From NCBI RefSeq assembly GCF_009834535.1, contig NC_045707.1:55182001-55246000 (forward strand): a stretch of 64,000 bases of DNA. The letters are read 5' to 3'. A program made the position numbers and the translations under genes. The first letter of the stretch is position 1. Every line of letters starts with the position of its first letter. This DNA is from Camelus ferus. Lineage: Eukaryota. This document shows positions 38,001 through 51,471 of the stretch, piece by piece. Below the pieces are notes generated by a model. The model made no database searches, was not told where the DNA came from, and saw only the letters and a program-made list of their open reading frames with translations.

Positions 38001-39059
38001 ACTTCAAATAAAATATAATTTGTGCTTTTATGTAAGTATGATCACAACTGGTTTTCTCTATAACCTAAAAAAAACCTAATTTTGTAATGATGGCTTAAAA
38101 ATCTAGGAATAACTATTTTAATAATGTACAATATTATTTTAATTATTTATTATTAAAAGTCCAATACTTTATACACATTTCCTTCCCTAGTTTTAATAGT
38201 GAGATTATACTCAATTAGTCATTGTTAGTTGCATAAAACATCATATCTACATTTTAAGGATATTTTATTATACAACTAAAAACAGGTATGCCTATCTTTT
38301 GAAGATCTAGTACAAAAATAAAATACATTTAAAAAAATACAAACAAGGAAGCATCTCATGGTGTCCTGCCAGAATAATCCTGATGAGATGAGATGTGAGA
38401 TAAGCAGTATGTTCTTAAGGAAAAGAGTGAGGACATCAGGTCTCACACAGATTGTGTTTTGGGAATTTTAAATAAACAAGAGATCCAGATAGGTATGATT
38501 AAGCTAAACAAGAAGGCCTACATTTTTTAAGTGCAAAATATTGTCACTTTACATACTTTCTAAAGCATTCTATTTTACTTTTAGTTTTAACATATAACCA
38601 ATTAGATTATTTCTGGCATAAATGTGTGGCGGCAGAAACAACTAAAGGAATTTAAGAACCATTTTTCACATGTGAGTTTTAATAAAGTTGAATAAAAATT
38701 CACTTTAAAATGTATTCACAATTTCTTAATGTTTTGTTACATATACATCATACATATATATGGCAGAAAATTTGGAACATACTGATAAGAAAAAAACCCT
38801 CTTATTTTCTTTGCAAAACTCCAAGAATATAAATAGTACAAGGTAATATTTTTCTAATTTAATTCTCTGTTAATAAATGTATTACACATTAAGTTTTGAA
38901 TGTGTTCCTCGAATAATTTAATAAACGAATAACTAGGAATATCCAAAATAGTTAACAGAAGTTATCAAGATGTATTTCATTTTTGAACTCTTATATACCA
39001 ATATATATTTGGAAAATAACTGCTGAATAAGAATAAGAAGGAGGAGAAAGAAGTCAATT

Positions 39060-39255
39060 AATATGTGCAAAGCAGCATTTTAAGTGTTTACATGTCCAGT
39101 GAGCTAGAAAGTTTTGTTATCTTTATTTTTCCAATGAGGAAACCAAGACACAAATAGGTAAAATATCTTCCCCAAGTTTTTTATAGCTATTAAATGTTAA
39201 AAGCAGAACTTGATTTTAGAAGTTTGACTCAAAGTCTTTTACTTTTAATCAATAT
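39060..39255 (-). mobile_element. MIR SINE
   Basis: ttttccaatgaggaaaccaagacacaaataggtaaaatatcttccccaag. Confidence 0.65.
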
Positions 39256-39369
39256 TTATTCTGATAGAGATAATTAGGGTAGGTATACAAAATGTGAAGG
39301 TGAAAATGAAGATGATATGAGAATAAAATCTACCATTAGGAAAAAAGATAACATCGGAGTTGATATTAA

Positions 39370-39705
39370 GGCTATGTTCCACAGAATCCTCAAGGACATG
39401 ACTTTCTAATTTTTCACTCCTTAGTAAACTTCATATTCTCCAAATTCCCTCAAGGTCAAGCTGGATGTTCCAGCCTTCACATCAACATTTTAGCCAACCA
39501 AAAAGAAAAGGCACAGTTGCACCTTAAAGGAACCATCCTGAATTTTATACATATTCTCTTCCCTACATCTTAATAGTCAGATTATACTCAAATAGTCATG
39601 TTAGTTACAAAGGAAATTGGAGTTTTATTATGCTAAAAATTAAATGTGACCTTACTCTAAAACAAAGGGAAAACAATGTTAGGTTAGAGTTAGCAGTCTC
39701 TGCCA
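39370..39705 (-). mobile_element. Old MaLR LTR (MLT1K/L-like)
   Basis: ccagccttcacatcaacatttt...tagtcatg...aaggaaattgga. Confidence 0.45.
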
Positions 39706-40698
39706 CATAGATATCATCACAAGTAATACATACAAAAAAGTACAAAAAAGGTTTACATTTGACACAGCTATTGTGTTGAAGCTGAGATTTTAATTTAGCA
39801 ACTTGATTCAAGTTAATATAGCAACAAGGAGAGATACTAATGGGGAAAAATAGGTTGATTGAACTGGTTTGAATACAGATAACTTTGGAACAAGATTATA
39901 ATGAGGATTCACCTAAGATACTGAAAATAATAAAGAAAAATTAAGACAAGTATAAAACCAAAATTATATTTTAGCTCTAAGTAAAATATTCCCTAAGACA
40001 AAGATATCTAATTTTCACTGGATAGAAAATTGTATATATCCATCCCAGTGCAGAATTCGTTGAGAATTCATTAACTATATTGCCCTAATGAATGTGAGGA
40101 AGCTTCCACTGATAGTTAGAACTCATCTAACTATAAATAAGTTACACTTCAGCTACCTTTTCAAATTGCATAAAAAGTATTTAATGTTGAAGAGTTATAT
40201 GATTAAAATTTTCTAGTTTAAAAGCTTATAAAAGATTAACCCTAACTTTTTCTTTTGGTATATGAAATAACATAATCTTCTTGGAATTAAAACTTAATGA
40301 AAAGTAAAGGCCATGTATTATTAATATACCCAGTGATCTTTAAAAATCAATACAGCTAAAAATGTACATTATAACAAAGATTACTTACCTGGGAAAATGT
40401 ATTTAGTTTTTAAATCCAATTGAAGGAAAAACATTATATATAATTCACTCAGACAACCACTTTTCATGGTGTTCATCCTAGTTTTGATGTAAAAATTGTC
40501 AGTAATGCTTGAACACAAGACAAACAGAAGGTATTTATACCATTATAGTAATCTTCTGTACCCAATTAATTTATTCATATTCACTAGGATAAAATAAAGG
40601 AAAACTCTGGATCTGAAAAGATAGACAGGATAGAAATATAAGGATCAGTAGAGGAGGAAGATTGTTCACTCAAAAGTTCAAATAAAAAACAGACATAA

Positions 40699-41267
40699 TG
40701 AGGTGGGAAGCCCCATAAAAAGACCACAGGACCCCCAAGCAGCGCCACTACTCTCCTGCCAACACCATCTGGTTCCCTGGCCCAGAGGCTCTATCTCACT
40801 TTTTGCCTCTGAAACGGCTTACTTACCCCTAAAATTCTATTGGTTCCCTGAGCTCACTTCTGATTGGTTATTTCCTTCACTCCTGATTGGTTATTACTCT
40901 CACTTCTAATTGATCTACTCCCCTAACTTCTGACTGGTTAATTTTTTACTACTTCATTTGCATGGAGCTCACTCCTGATTGGTTATTTCTCTCCCTCCTG
41001 ATTGGCCTATTTCTACAAAGCTTGTTCCTAGTTGGTCAACTTTTGTTATACTTTATTTGCATATAATGTTACAAAGTGTAAACTGTCAGCATATAAAGGC
41101 CTGTGTAAACCTACAGATGGGGTCCAGAGCTTGGAGTGTTAACTCCTGTGGGCCCGCTGGCGTAATAAACCAGAGGTCTCCAACTCTCCGAGTGCTGCTT
41201 GGTCTCTCGATCCAGGTTGCTGTCACAACTGAGATGTAACACCGAGCTATAACGCTGAGCTGTAACA
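40699..41267 (+). mobile_element. ERV1-type solo LTR
   Basis: TG...CA ends, five ATTGG boxes, TATAAA 41092-41097, AATAAA 41164-41169, terminal gctgagctgtaaca; TSD not clean. Confidence 0.8.
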
Positions 41268-41494
41268 CATTTTTCCACAACAATAAATCTTAAGTATTCA
41301 AAGATGATTTGCATTATTCCCTGGAATTCTGGCAGTTCAGTACTTTTATAACTGAAAACTGTCAACTTATGAAACAAAGAAGCAACAAACATTCTTTAAA
41401 TTCTTCACCAAAGAGAAGGAAATTAAAATATCATTTCAGAGGAGTCAGAAAGATCCTTCTCTTCAGGAAAAGAAATACTCCTCGGTAATACATG

Positions 41495-41940
41495 TTGAGG
41501 GGTAGCCATGGAAACGAATCACTAAGATCTGCTTTGGAGACCACATAGCTGACCAACAGTCCCAGCTGCTGCTGCTCCTTTAGATGTACCATCACATCTA
41601 TGTCCACGCCATCCTTCTCCGGGGCCACTCCTGGCTAATTATTGAGTGGGGCAGGATACTGGCACTGAACCTTTCCTATGGAAAGTAGGACTCATCTGGC
41701 AGGTGACTGGACTCACCACTACCCTGGCCAAAATTTTCTCAGAACTGCACTGTCATGTGAGACTCTTCCTACTCAGCCTCCTTCCTTCCCATTCTCCTTC
41801 ACAGGCCAGATCTGCACTGTGGTCTGAAGTTTCTCCTGCTTCCTCTCCTTTATTCTTCACAGTCATTTTCCTCGACAAATTTCTTGCATATCTGATCCCA
41901 TCTGGCCATTTGCTCCTTGAGGAAGCAGAACTAATGCATT
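41495..41940 (+). mobile_element. LTR16-like ERVL LTR
   Basis: gtagccatggaaacg...cccagctgctgctgc...aaatttcttgcatatctgatcccatctggcc...ttgaggaagcagaacta. Confidence 0.75.
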
Positions 41941-43007
41941 TTGTGTAGGAAGTTACATCAGGAAATGAATACTGGCAGCCAAGATACAGGAAGTTTTACG
42001 TAGTATATAAATTCTCAGGATAATTTGATTGTTAATATTTGTAACTCTTAGCGGCAGAAGATAGCTGATTTTCCTGGGGTTCTTAGAGATAAATTTTAAA
42101 GGCAGGAATAACATAAAGTTGGCATGATTTTGAATTTTTGATCTGATTTTAATAAACTAAGGATTTTGTTTAATGTGGCACAGAACTACTTATATATGGA
42201 GATATGTCCTCACATAATGTGAAGTTTCAGAGGTATTTCTTTTCTCTTTAAAGTTTCTCCGGCAACTACAAATCTAAGTTCTTGAAAGAAGTCAGTGAAA
42301 ATACCATAAACAATATTGTTCAATAAATTTACAAGTGAGAGATCGATGAGACCCTTTATATACTTATATAATGGACATTTATGCTTTCTTTTTTTTTTTC
42401 TTTTTTTTTTTTTCATTCATGCTTTAGAAGTAGATTCTGCATTTTTTCCTCACCATATAATCCAATAAATTAAATCAGTCTTTATGGAAACCTTACCTCA
42501 TTTTATGCCATTGAATCCTTATTTTTTTGCACCTAAAGTGATAGTTTTATTAGACTGACACACAAACATGATAATGTTTATAAGTCCCCTAGCACAGACT
42601 ATAAAAAAAGTTAAATTTCACTAAAATACCCACATGTAAGTTGAACTGAGATCAAGTGGTTTAAGAAATTTGGAGCTAATTATAAGGAAAAAAAATCTTG
42701 TAGTCTAAAATAGTCTTTTACATGCTATTCAATTATCATAATATAATTAATATGAAATTATTTTCTTATTGATAAACACAGGTAGATTTGTTTGTGTGTT
42801 AGAGAAAAAGACAAGTTAAGAGCCAATTAAAAGTTATGCTTCATCACTGTATACAGATTATTGTCCATCCTGTGCAGTTTGATTTGAATGAATTATAAAG
42901 CAGACATGAGTAAAAAGATTCAATCAGTGGAAAAGACGTATCATCTAGATCAGTGAGAAAAACAGTGTTAAATAAGGAAGCTCTCTCACCAGAAAGGTAT
43001 TTACTAT

Positions 43008-43452
43008 ACTAGGTTGAATAATGCACCCGCCAAAAAATTTATATTCACCTGAAACCTAAGAATGTGAACCTCCTTGCAAATGCAGTCTTTGCAGACGTAA
43101 TTAGTTAAGACATGGTCATAGGGGATTAGAGTGGGACCTAAGCCAATGTCTGGTGTCTTCATAAGAAAAGGAAGAGAGACTCAAGACACCAGCACACAGG
43201 AAAGAAAGCCAGTTGTTGTTAACAGGCAGAGATGGAACTGATGCAGCTGCAAAGCAAGGGTTTACAGGCAACAACCAGAAGCTGAGAGTCGGCAAGGAAG
43301 GATTCTTCCCTAGAACCTTCAGAGGAATAACAGCTCTGCTGACATTTTGATTTCAGGCTTTAAGCTTCTAGGACTGTGAGAGGATATATTTCACTTTTTT
43401 CAAGCCACCCAATATGTGGGATTTTCTTATAGCAGCATTAAGAAACTAATTA
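43008..43452 (+). mobile_element. MaLR LTR (MLT1B/C-like)
   Basis: ggttgaataatg...gtctttgcagacgtaattagttaag...gcaaggaaggattcttccctagaacc...aagccaccc...gaaactaat. Confidence 0.85.
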
Positions 43453-43894
43453 TGGATATCTTTCTAATATAAAAATTATTTTAGTCATAAATAAATGTTT
43501 TACTCTTGAATTATTCATAGATTATTTCACCTTATTTTCAAAGGGATGGGCAATTTAAAAATATGGGACAGTCTTATAATCTGTTACCAGTATACAAAAG
43601 AGAAATATTTCTGATGCTGGTACGACAGCATTATCTTTGAATTAAACACACACATATGAAACATTCTCTGTAACCTGTCACCATGACTGAAAGCAAAATT
43701 TTTACTTATGCTGAAACAAAAACGTTATTTGTGTATTAAGCACGTGCATGTACACACACACTTACATTTATATTTTCCACATTAAATGTAACTGAAAGAA
43801 AAATGAAAGAAAGAGTTTTAACTAATTTAGTACTCATGACAGTGTAAGCAACCATTGATATTCTAGGAGCAAAAAAAATATATGATTATCTTTT

Positions 43895-44905
43895 TTTTAA
43901 AGGTTTAATAGTCTTTTTCATAGAAGCTTTAATTTTACAGAATAATTAAGCAGAAATTAAAGGGAGTTCTCATAGAGCTCCTCTTCTTAGTGTCTTGCAT
44001 TATTTTACACTTGATGAATGAATATTAATACAATATTATTAACTCAAGTCCATAGTTTAAATTAGAATTCATTCTTTCTATTATGCAGTTAAATGGGCTT
44101 GACAAATGCATGTCATGTGTCCATTATTACAGCATCAGATAAAACGGCTTGAATGCCCTAAAACTCCTCTGTGTTCTCTTCATTCATACCTCCATCTCTC
44201 ACCCTAAATCTCTGGCAACCACTAATATTCTCAGTAATCTCTATAAGTTTGACATTTTCAGAATGTCATATGGTTAGGAACGTACAATAAGTAGTCTTTT
44301 AAACTGGCTTCTTCACTGAGCCATATGCATTTAAGGTACTTTCATGTCTTTTTGTGGCTTAATAGCTCATTTGTTATTGTCACTGATAATATTCCATTGT
44401 ATGAATATATGAGTTTGTTTGTCCATTCACCTATTGGAGGATATCTTGATTGCTTCCAGTTTGAGGCAATTATGTAAAAAGCTGCTATAAACAACTGTGT
44501 GCAGATTTTTGTATAGACATAACTTTTCAACTCATTCATGTAAATATGTAGGAGCAAAATTGCTGGATCCTATGGTAAACCTATGTCTAACTTTGTAAGA
44601 AACTGCCAAAATGTCTTCCAAAGTGGCTGTATTATTTGCATTCCCTCCAGCAGTGACTGAAGGTTTCCGTTGCTCCAGATGTTAGTCAGCATTTGGTGTT
44701 GTCAGTGTTGTGGGTTTTACTCATTCTAATAGGTATGTAGTGGTTTCTCATTGTTGTTTTAATTTGCAATTCCCTAATGATATATGATGTTAAACATCTT
44801 TTCATATGCATTTTCACAGCCTGTATATCTTCTTTGGTGAGGTGACTGTTGAGATCTTTTTGTCCATTTTTTAAATCGGGTTTTTTCCTTATTGTTGAGT
44901 TTGAG
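43895..44905 (-). mobile_element. L1MC1/2-like 3' end
   Basis: ORF track 44686-44973 (KDLNSHLTKEDIQ...KRCLTS...IRELQIKTTMR) and 44342-44557 (LFIAAFYIIASNWKQSRYP) are L1 ORF2 C-terminal peptides. Confidence 0.9.
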
Positions 44906-46249
44906 GGGAGAACATGACAACCCTGATTCTGGGAGTGCTGTAAAAACAGAAAAACGCTGAAAACTGGAAGCAACTGCCACCATCAGCTGAAGGGCTGTTG
45001 TGTGGCTTTGCTGGCAGAAACAACAAGCAATTGGGGCAGAGAAGTTTTTTTCTGTCTTGTAATTGCCTTCTAGATCCCTCTGGTTGGCAGAGCTTAACAA
45101 GAAGTTAGCTGGTAATGGGAGAGATGGTGGCTCCTTTGCTGTTAAGCAAGGGAAAGTAAACTAAGCAAGTATGCAAAAAGGTATTAATGATGTGATAGTC
45201 TATAAAGTTTTATCATGTTACTCTTCGAAGTGCTGTATAATTATATTCAATATAATAAAAGGAATTCTCAGGAAAGGAGGTTAAAAAGATAATAACCACA
45301 GTCAAAAAATGGACCATTCTTTTTTCTGAAAATGTTTTAACCTTAAAAGGAAATTTCTTCTCATCCAGAGACCTATAATCTTTCAGTAATTGTTTTGAAT
45401 TATTTGTTACTATGTTAGCAAGTGTTTAAAAAAAGATTTTTTGAATAAACAGTACAGATTTTCACAGTATGACCTAAACTTATATATGATGTATAAATTT
45501 TAATTTGTCTGAACTGTAATTCCTGCACATGGAATTACATATATTGTAAAAAGCTTCTGTGTTTTGAAAATGTTTTTTTCTTTCAATGCTTGTGAAAGGC
45601 ATATCCTTCTATTGGATATACCTAGCGATATTTAGTTATTTACAAGTGCTCTGTGCTGTACAGCACTCAAAACCCATTTGTTTCAAAGTTGAACTGTTAA
45701 AAATATGTGTATGACATTTATAATCCTAGAGGTTCCATACAGTTATTATTAACGTTTACAATTAGATTTTTGCCATATTAGCACACAAAGAAACTATACA
45801 AATGTAAAATGCAGCATTTCTAAACTTTGTGCAAACATTTCATATTTCTCAGTATATGACCAAATAGAGAGTGGCTTAAAATTATTCAAGCATATTCTGC
45901 TTTACATTTTAAAAATCTGAGAATACTTCTGTAGTTCTAGTCTCACAATATTGTCTAGATTAATATTTTTAGAAGACATATATTGGTTGGTATTGAGTTT
46001 TTTTGATGATAGCAAAATTCAAGAAAATGTTGCAGAATGGTACTGTAATTTTTGTTGCTTCAAGGAAGATCCCATAAAAATCAACATACAAGTTATGTGT
46101 GTGTGTTGTGCGGGGAGGGTGCGTGTTTCCTTTTATTACTAGTCTGTTCAGTATTTTATTCAGGAATGGATATGACATTTTATCAAATATATTAAGATGT
46201 ATCATATATTGATTTTATTTTAAATTTATACTGTTATAATAAATGTTAT

Positions 46250-47785
46250 GTGGTGGTGAAACTATCACATGTTAGATTTAATAATAGAAAATGTACCAAA
46301 TAAACTTGTGGCAAGATGGCTTCTAGGCAAATGCTGAAATTTGGGTATTGTTGCTGCATATAAGCTACCAAATAAATGGATAAACTCAGAAAAATAATTG
46401 GACAGATTTCATGTAGATAAGAGGTAATGTAGAGAGCCCAAAATTCTGGATGGGAAATAAAACTATATCTTGTTTCCCACCTCTTCAGTCAGTAAAAGAT
46501 TCTCAAATTAAGATACAACCTGGGGACACAGGCAAAATCAAAATCATGGGAGTCACTTTGATAGGATACCTGAAAGAATAAAGATGACATCTAGAAGATC
46601 TTTTCTTTTGAGCAAAAGAACTTATAAAAGGCGTAAGTTCATGGCTTTACTAAAGAAAGATGTACTTAAAGACTCTTAATTATATCTATAGGAAAATAGA
46701 TGTCTCTAAAATAATTATGGGGTTAGATTGTGACAAAGAAAATTGAGGGGAATCAAAAACATATAGAATCCATGAAGTTTTTAAGAGAAATATGTTTTTA
46801 ATAGTGCAACAAGCCTTAACTGAGATGGTTCAAGACGAGAATAGTAGTCTTGGTCTCCAACTTTCTACAGGTATGAAGAAGGAGGGGAAAGTTGTTCATC
46901 TCCAAAAAAGCACGTTTTACAATTTCTCTCCAGAATTGGCCAGAGAAAATGATGGAAAAATAAGGATGTCCTAGGGCATATCCAAGAGTCCTGGAGACTA
47001 CTGAAATGGCAAAACAGTCACAGGAGGCAGAATCAGTGCCTAATAAAAGATATCTCCTATCCCACAGTTAGGAAGGTCTGCCATCATTTTATCCAGCAGG
47101 ATTTCAGGATGGTTATGGACAAAAGAACAAGTGACTGCTATGTGTCTCAAATTATCTAAATATGCATTTTTATTAAGGATATTCTTTCCTTGTTCTACCA
47201 CTATGTGTTGAGGGGATGTTTTCTTTCTAGCTCATAAATCTTTGAATCATAAGGAACTAATCCAAATTTGATGTTGATATAGATCCCAAGATCTTTGGTT
47301 TTGGGCTTCATGCTATGATTAGATTAGGGTCCTGGGATGAATGTGGACATGTAGTAAGCTTGTGAATAAATGTGACCGAGAGCACACTGCAGTTAACAGA
47401 ATTATTGGCTAATATTCTTTATTTCTCCCTCTGTCCATGACCATATATATATATAAAATAATATATATATTATATATATATATATTTTTATATATATATA
47501 AAACTTTGTAGTTTCCTCCATAACAAGTCAAAGTGGCTTTGGTCAAAAGCATGTGGATGGAAGTAATGATGTGCCAGTTCTAAGCCAAAACCTTAAATAC
47601 CCTTAAGTATGTACTGATTGTTCACTTGTGCTCTGCAAACACTATTAAAAGGCATTTCTTAGCTGACCCACAGGTCCATGAGAAAAGCTGTTGCTTTGAA
47701 TCAATGAGTTTTTGAGTGGTTTAGTATACAGTGGTTTATAAACAGTAGTTTATTTATCATGATGCTGAAAGCTAACTGATACAGT
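46250..47785 (+). mobile_element. MaLR internal sequence plus 3' LTR (MLT1H-like)
   Basis: Internal motifs ccagcaggatttcagg...gtgactgctatgtgtctc; LTR from ~47387 tgcagt...gtgccagttctaagcc...gctaactgataca. Confidence 0.6.
47443..47503. repeat. Interrupted (TA)n palindromic microsatellite
   Basis: Seen directly. Confidence 0.9.
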
Positions 47786-48323
47786 TATGGACTTAAAAGT
47801 GAATCAAATGATGAGATAGTTATAAGAAAATTTGATAACATACTCTTAAACTGTTTTCCAGGTAAATGTAACAATTTATACTCCTTTTAGGAATACTGAT
47901 AAATTCATATTTCTCACATCCTTACCAACAATATATAGTCTTAAATTTTTATTTTTTCATTTTACCAATCTAATGAGTGATTAAGTCATAGTAAAAATGA
48001 ATTTCCAATGATTTTCAGCAACTATTGTGAATTCAACGCTCATATTTGTATGGTTTATCTTTAACAGTTTGGCTTTTTGTATTAATATGTAGGAATTTTC
48101 TATTCCTTCCTTGGCAGTGTGAGTTCTAAATATTTTCCTAAGTATGAAGATTTTATTGTTATGTGGTTAATTAATCATTTCCACATGCAGAAGTATATAA
48201 TGTAGTCAAATTTATTATTTTTGATTTTTGGTCTTTTAAAAAACTTCATTTACCACGATGTCCAAAAGCATTTATACATTTTTCCAGGTTATTTTTGTAA
48301 TCTTGCTTTACAAATACATGTTT

Positions 48324-48745
48324 GTCATGTATTGAATTTTGTCTCCCCACAAAAAAATATGTTGAAGCCCTAACTCATATGTGGTTTAATTTGCAAATAA
48401 GATTGCTACAGATGGAATTAGTTAAGTTAAAATGAGGTCATACTGGACTAGGATAGACTATTAATCCAATATGACTGGTGCCCTTATAAGAAGAGGAAAA
48501 TTTGGACACAGAGACAAAGATAGATCAAGGAAATACCATGTAATGATACAGCTGTGAGCTGAGGAATTCCAAAGATTGAAGGCCACCACCAGAAACTATG
48601 AAGAGGCAATGAAGAGTTTTATCCAGAATTTCAAAGGAAACTTGGTCTTGTTGACATTTCAATTTTGGACTTCTAACTTCCAGAAACTGCGAGAGAACAA
48701 ATTTATTTTTTAAGTTACCCAGTTGTGGTAATTTGGTATATACCT
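48324..48745 (+). mobile_element. MaLR LTR (MLT1B/C-like)
   Basis: ttgaattttgtctcccc...atgaggtcatactgga...atgactggtgcccttataagaagagg. Confidence 0.85.
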
Positions 48746-49014
48746 TCTGGTGTAGACCATGTATCTCAAATTCTTATCCTTCCCTCCACAGTAATACAAA
48801 TCCTATCATTTCCTAAAGAATACAAAGAAGTATTATCATGTCAGAGGACAAGTCCCCTTTAGGAATTCCAGGTCAAAATCAGATATATTCATTGGTATTC
48901 TACTCCTATTGCTAAAATATTACTGTAGTTATTATAATAAAATTACATATTCTGTAATAGAAGAACCTGCTTTTTCTTTTTGATAGGCAGCAAGAAACCA
49001 AGAGATAAGTATTC

Positions 49015-49280
49015 TTATACTGTGTTTAAGAATATGGACCCTAAAGCCAGAGTGGTGTTTTCAGATTTAACTCTGTGACTTAGTAGTTGTGTGACCTTAC
49101 ACAAGTGTTCTAATCTCTCTGCAACTTAGTTTCCTCATGTGTAAAAGGAAAATAATTATAGTGACCTATAATAATAATGCAACTCTTGGAACTAATATGC
49201 ATATTAAATAAATGAATGCATATGTAGCAATTAGAACTGTGGCTAGCAAACAGTAAGCACACAACAAGCATGATCTATTG
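49015..49280 (+). mobile_element. MIR SINE
   Basis: gtgtgaccttacacaagtgttctaatctctctgcaacttagtttcctcatgtgtaaaa. Confidence 0.8.
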
Positions 49281-49879
49281 CTAATATATACAAATGCATG
49301 TGTGTACAGGCCTTAAAGGCTGTAAATTTTTGAAGGTAATCCTTCCTGATGAACCAGTAATCCTCCCATGGTAAAACTTCCCCATCATATTTTAAATTAC
49401 GGGATTTCAGGACTGTCGCAGCTAATACATCTTTAACAGATGTGTCTTTAGCTGATAATGTGAAAGTCTTAGAATAGGTGAATAAGTTAATACTTTCCTT
49501 CAGTCAGTTATATTAGTGAATCTATAATAATACCCTTCATGGATGAAAGGTTTTTAAACAATATGATAGGAAATAAGACTGCAGAAATATTTTGCAGGAT
49601 CAATAGAATATAGCAAAAAGTTACACTCCTTGTTACCAATTTAAAGCAACTTTCTCTCTGGGAAAAATTCTTTCTTTCTCCACTACTTAGTAGCTGTATG
49701 ATCTTGTACTAGTTTTGTTTTGTTCGTTTGTTTGTTTTTTCTATATCAGTTTCTCATGCAAAAAAGTTGATAGCATAGGATGTGTCTAATAATGCTGTGA
49801 AAATATGAGATGACACATGTAAACACCAACTGTAATATAGCAACCTGCAAATATTGAACTTGTTTTCATTCAGACACAA

Positions 49880-50530
49880 AATTGAGTTGCCATCATTTAC
49901 TCTTCTCTTTTTTTAACAGAACTAATCATTTTGGATCTGTCTTCAAAATATGCTCTGAACCCCACCTTTCTCCATCATTTCTACTGCAGTAGTCTAACTC
50001 AGGGTTCCAATGGTTTTAAGCTGGGAGCCCTGCAAAGTTGCCCTGACAAATTTATTGATTTTGCTCTTGCACCCACTCCCTTTTCAGACTATTCTCACAC
50101 ACTAACCAGGGATTGCTTTTAAAATGTGAGTTAAATTGTATTACTCCACATGTTTTCATAACTATTCACACACTGCAGTGCTTCCTCATTGCATTTAGAA
50201 TAACACTGAAAATCTTTAATAAGATCTACTCTCATCTCCTTGATATTCCTTGAATAAGTCAAACAAATTTCCACCCCATGACCTTTGCACTTGCAACTTT
50301 TTGTTTGACCAGTTATTGTCCAGACATAATACATGACTGAGTATTTAATTTCATTCAGGCCTCTGATCAAAACTCATAAATTTCCTTTACTCTTCTCTAT
50401 CATTATATTTATTGGCTGCTGCTTCACATATGTTGTGAGTTTAATGAGTATAAGTACTCTGTTTTACCCAGAGTTGTAACTTAAGTGCCTAGAACAGTGC
50501 CTGGAATGCAGTAGGTATTAATATTAATTA
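49880..50530 (+). mobile_element. L2a-like 3' region
   Basis: gacctttgcacttgc...aagtgcctagaacagtgcctggaatgcagtaggtattaata. Confidence 0.75.
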
Positions 50531-51427
50531 ATTTAATTGCTATCATAATTATTATCTAAATAAGGTCCCGAGAATATACATCTCCCCTTTAAAAAATGCT
50601 ATCTTAGTCTCCAAGTTGTCCACACCAGTAATCTAGATAATATAGTAATCTTTACTCTCTCTCCTCCCCTAATTTTAGTCCTACTTGAAGTACTATTTTT
50701 TCTAATTCCAAAATTATTTTAAATGTCCCCCCTTTTTTTTCCATCTTTGCTTGTAGCAATTCATCTCACTAGTCAATTATTGCCACATTCTGTATTCTTG
50801 CTACTCTCCAATCTATCCTCCACATGGGAGAAAGAACTTTTTGTGTTAACCCAAATGAGAAGCACTTCCATTACACTTAAGGTGATGCTAAAATTGTACT
50901 TGTAAAGCACCAGATATAGCAATTGACAAAGTAAGTAAAATTTTAAAAGAAGATGGGTGTGGTTTTATGCACTTTAGAAGAAGACTGGTTAAGGATACCA
51001 AGCAAACACTTGAATTACGTGTGTGGAGCATTGGTCAGGAATTGAAAATAATCATTTAAAAAATGAGAATCAACAGAATTATTTCTTCTAAGCCTGACCT
51101 AGTGATAATAATCTTTCTAGTGCACTGACTATTTAAAAATACATCAAGTGTATTAAAATGAAAGTTAGACTCGGTGATTAAATCATGAACTGAAGCACAG
51201 AAAGACAGACTAAAGGTGAAGAAAAGAAGAGCAACAGCAGAAAGTTGTAAAAAGAAAAGAAAGTAAGATCCAGATGGTAAGCCTCTTTTTCAAAGTGAGT
51301 TAGTTAGATACTACAGAAAAATCTGTAACTTCATGTCTTGCTTCTAGACCTAAGCACGTGTACACACCAATATATTCTCATAGTCTTCTTAGTCTTTACC
51401 GGTTGGATGTTGGAAATCTGCAGTCAC

Positions 51428-51428
<1 letters not shown>

Positions 51429-51465
<37 letters not shown>
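51429..51465. repeat. (CA)n microsatellite
   Basis: Perfect run. Confidence 0.95.

Positions 51466-51471
<6 letters not shown>

Noticed and set aside
41228..41266. Short direct repeats resembling an array
   Set aside because: No spacers; they are LTR U5 tandem repeats in a mammalian genome, not CRISPR
41440..41490. Possible micro-exon (cag...gtaata)
   Set aside because: Weak splice signals and no partner exons
51180..51285. Purine-rich stretch ending ATG/gtaagc (similar donors near 56517 and, on the minus strand, near 63015)
   Set aside because: Isolated donor consensus occurs by chance; no supportable acceptor or peptide
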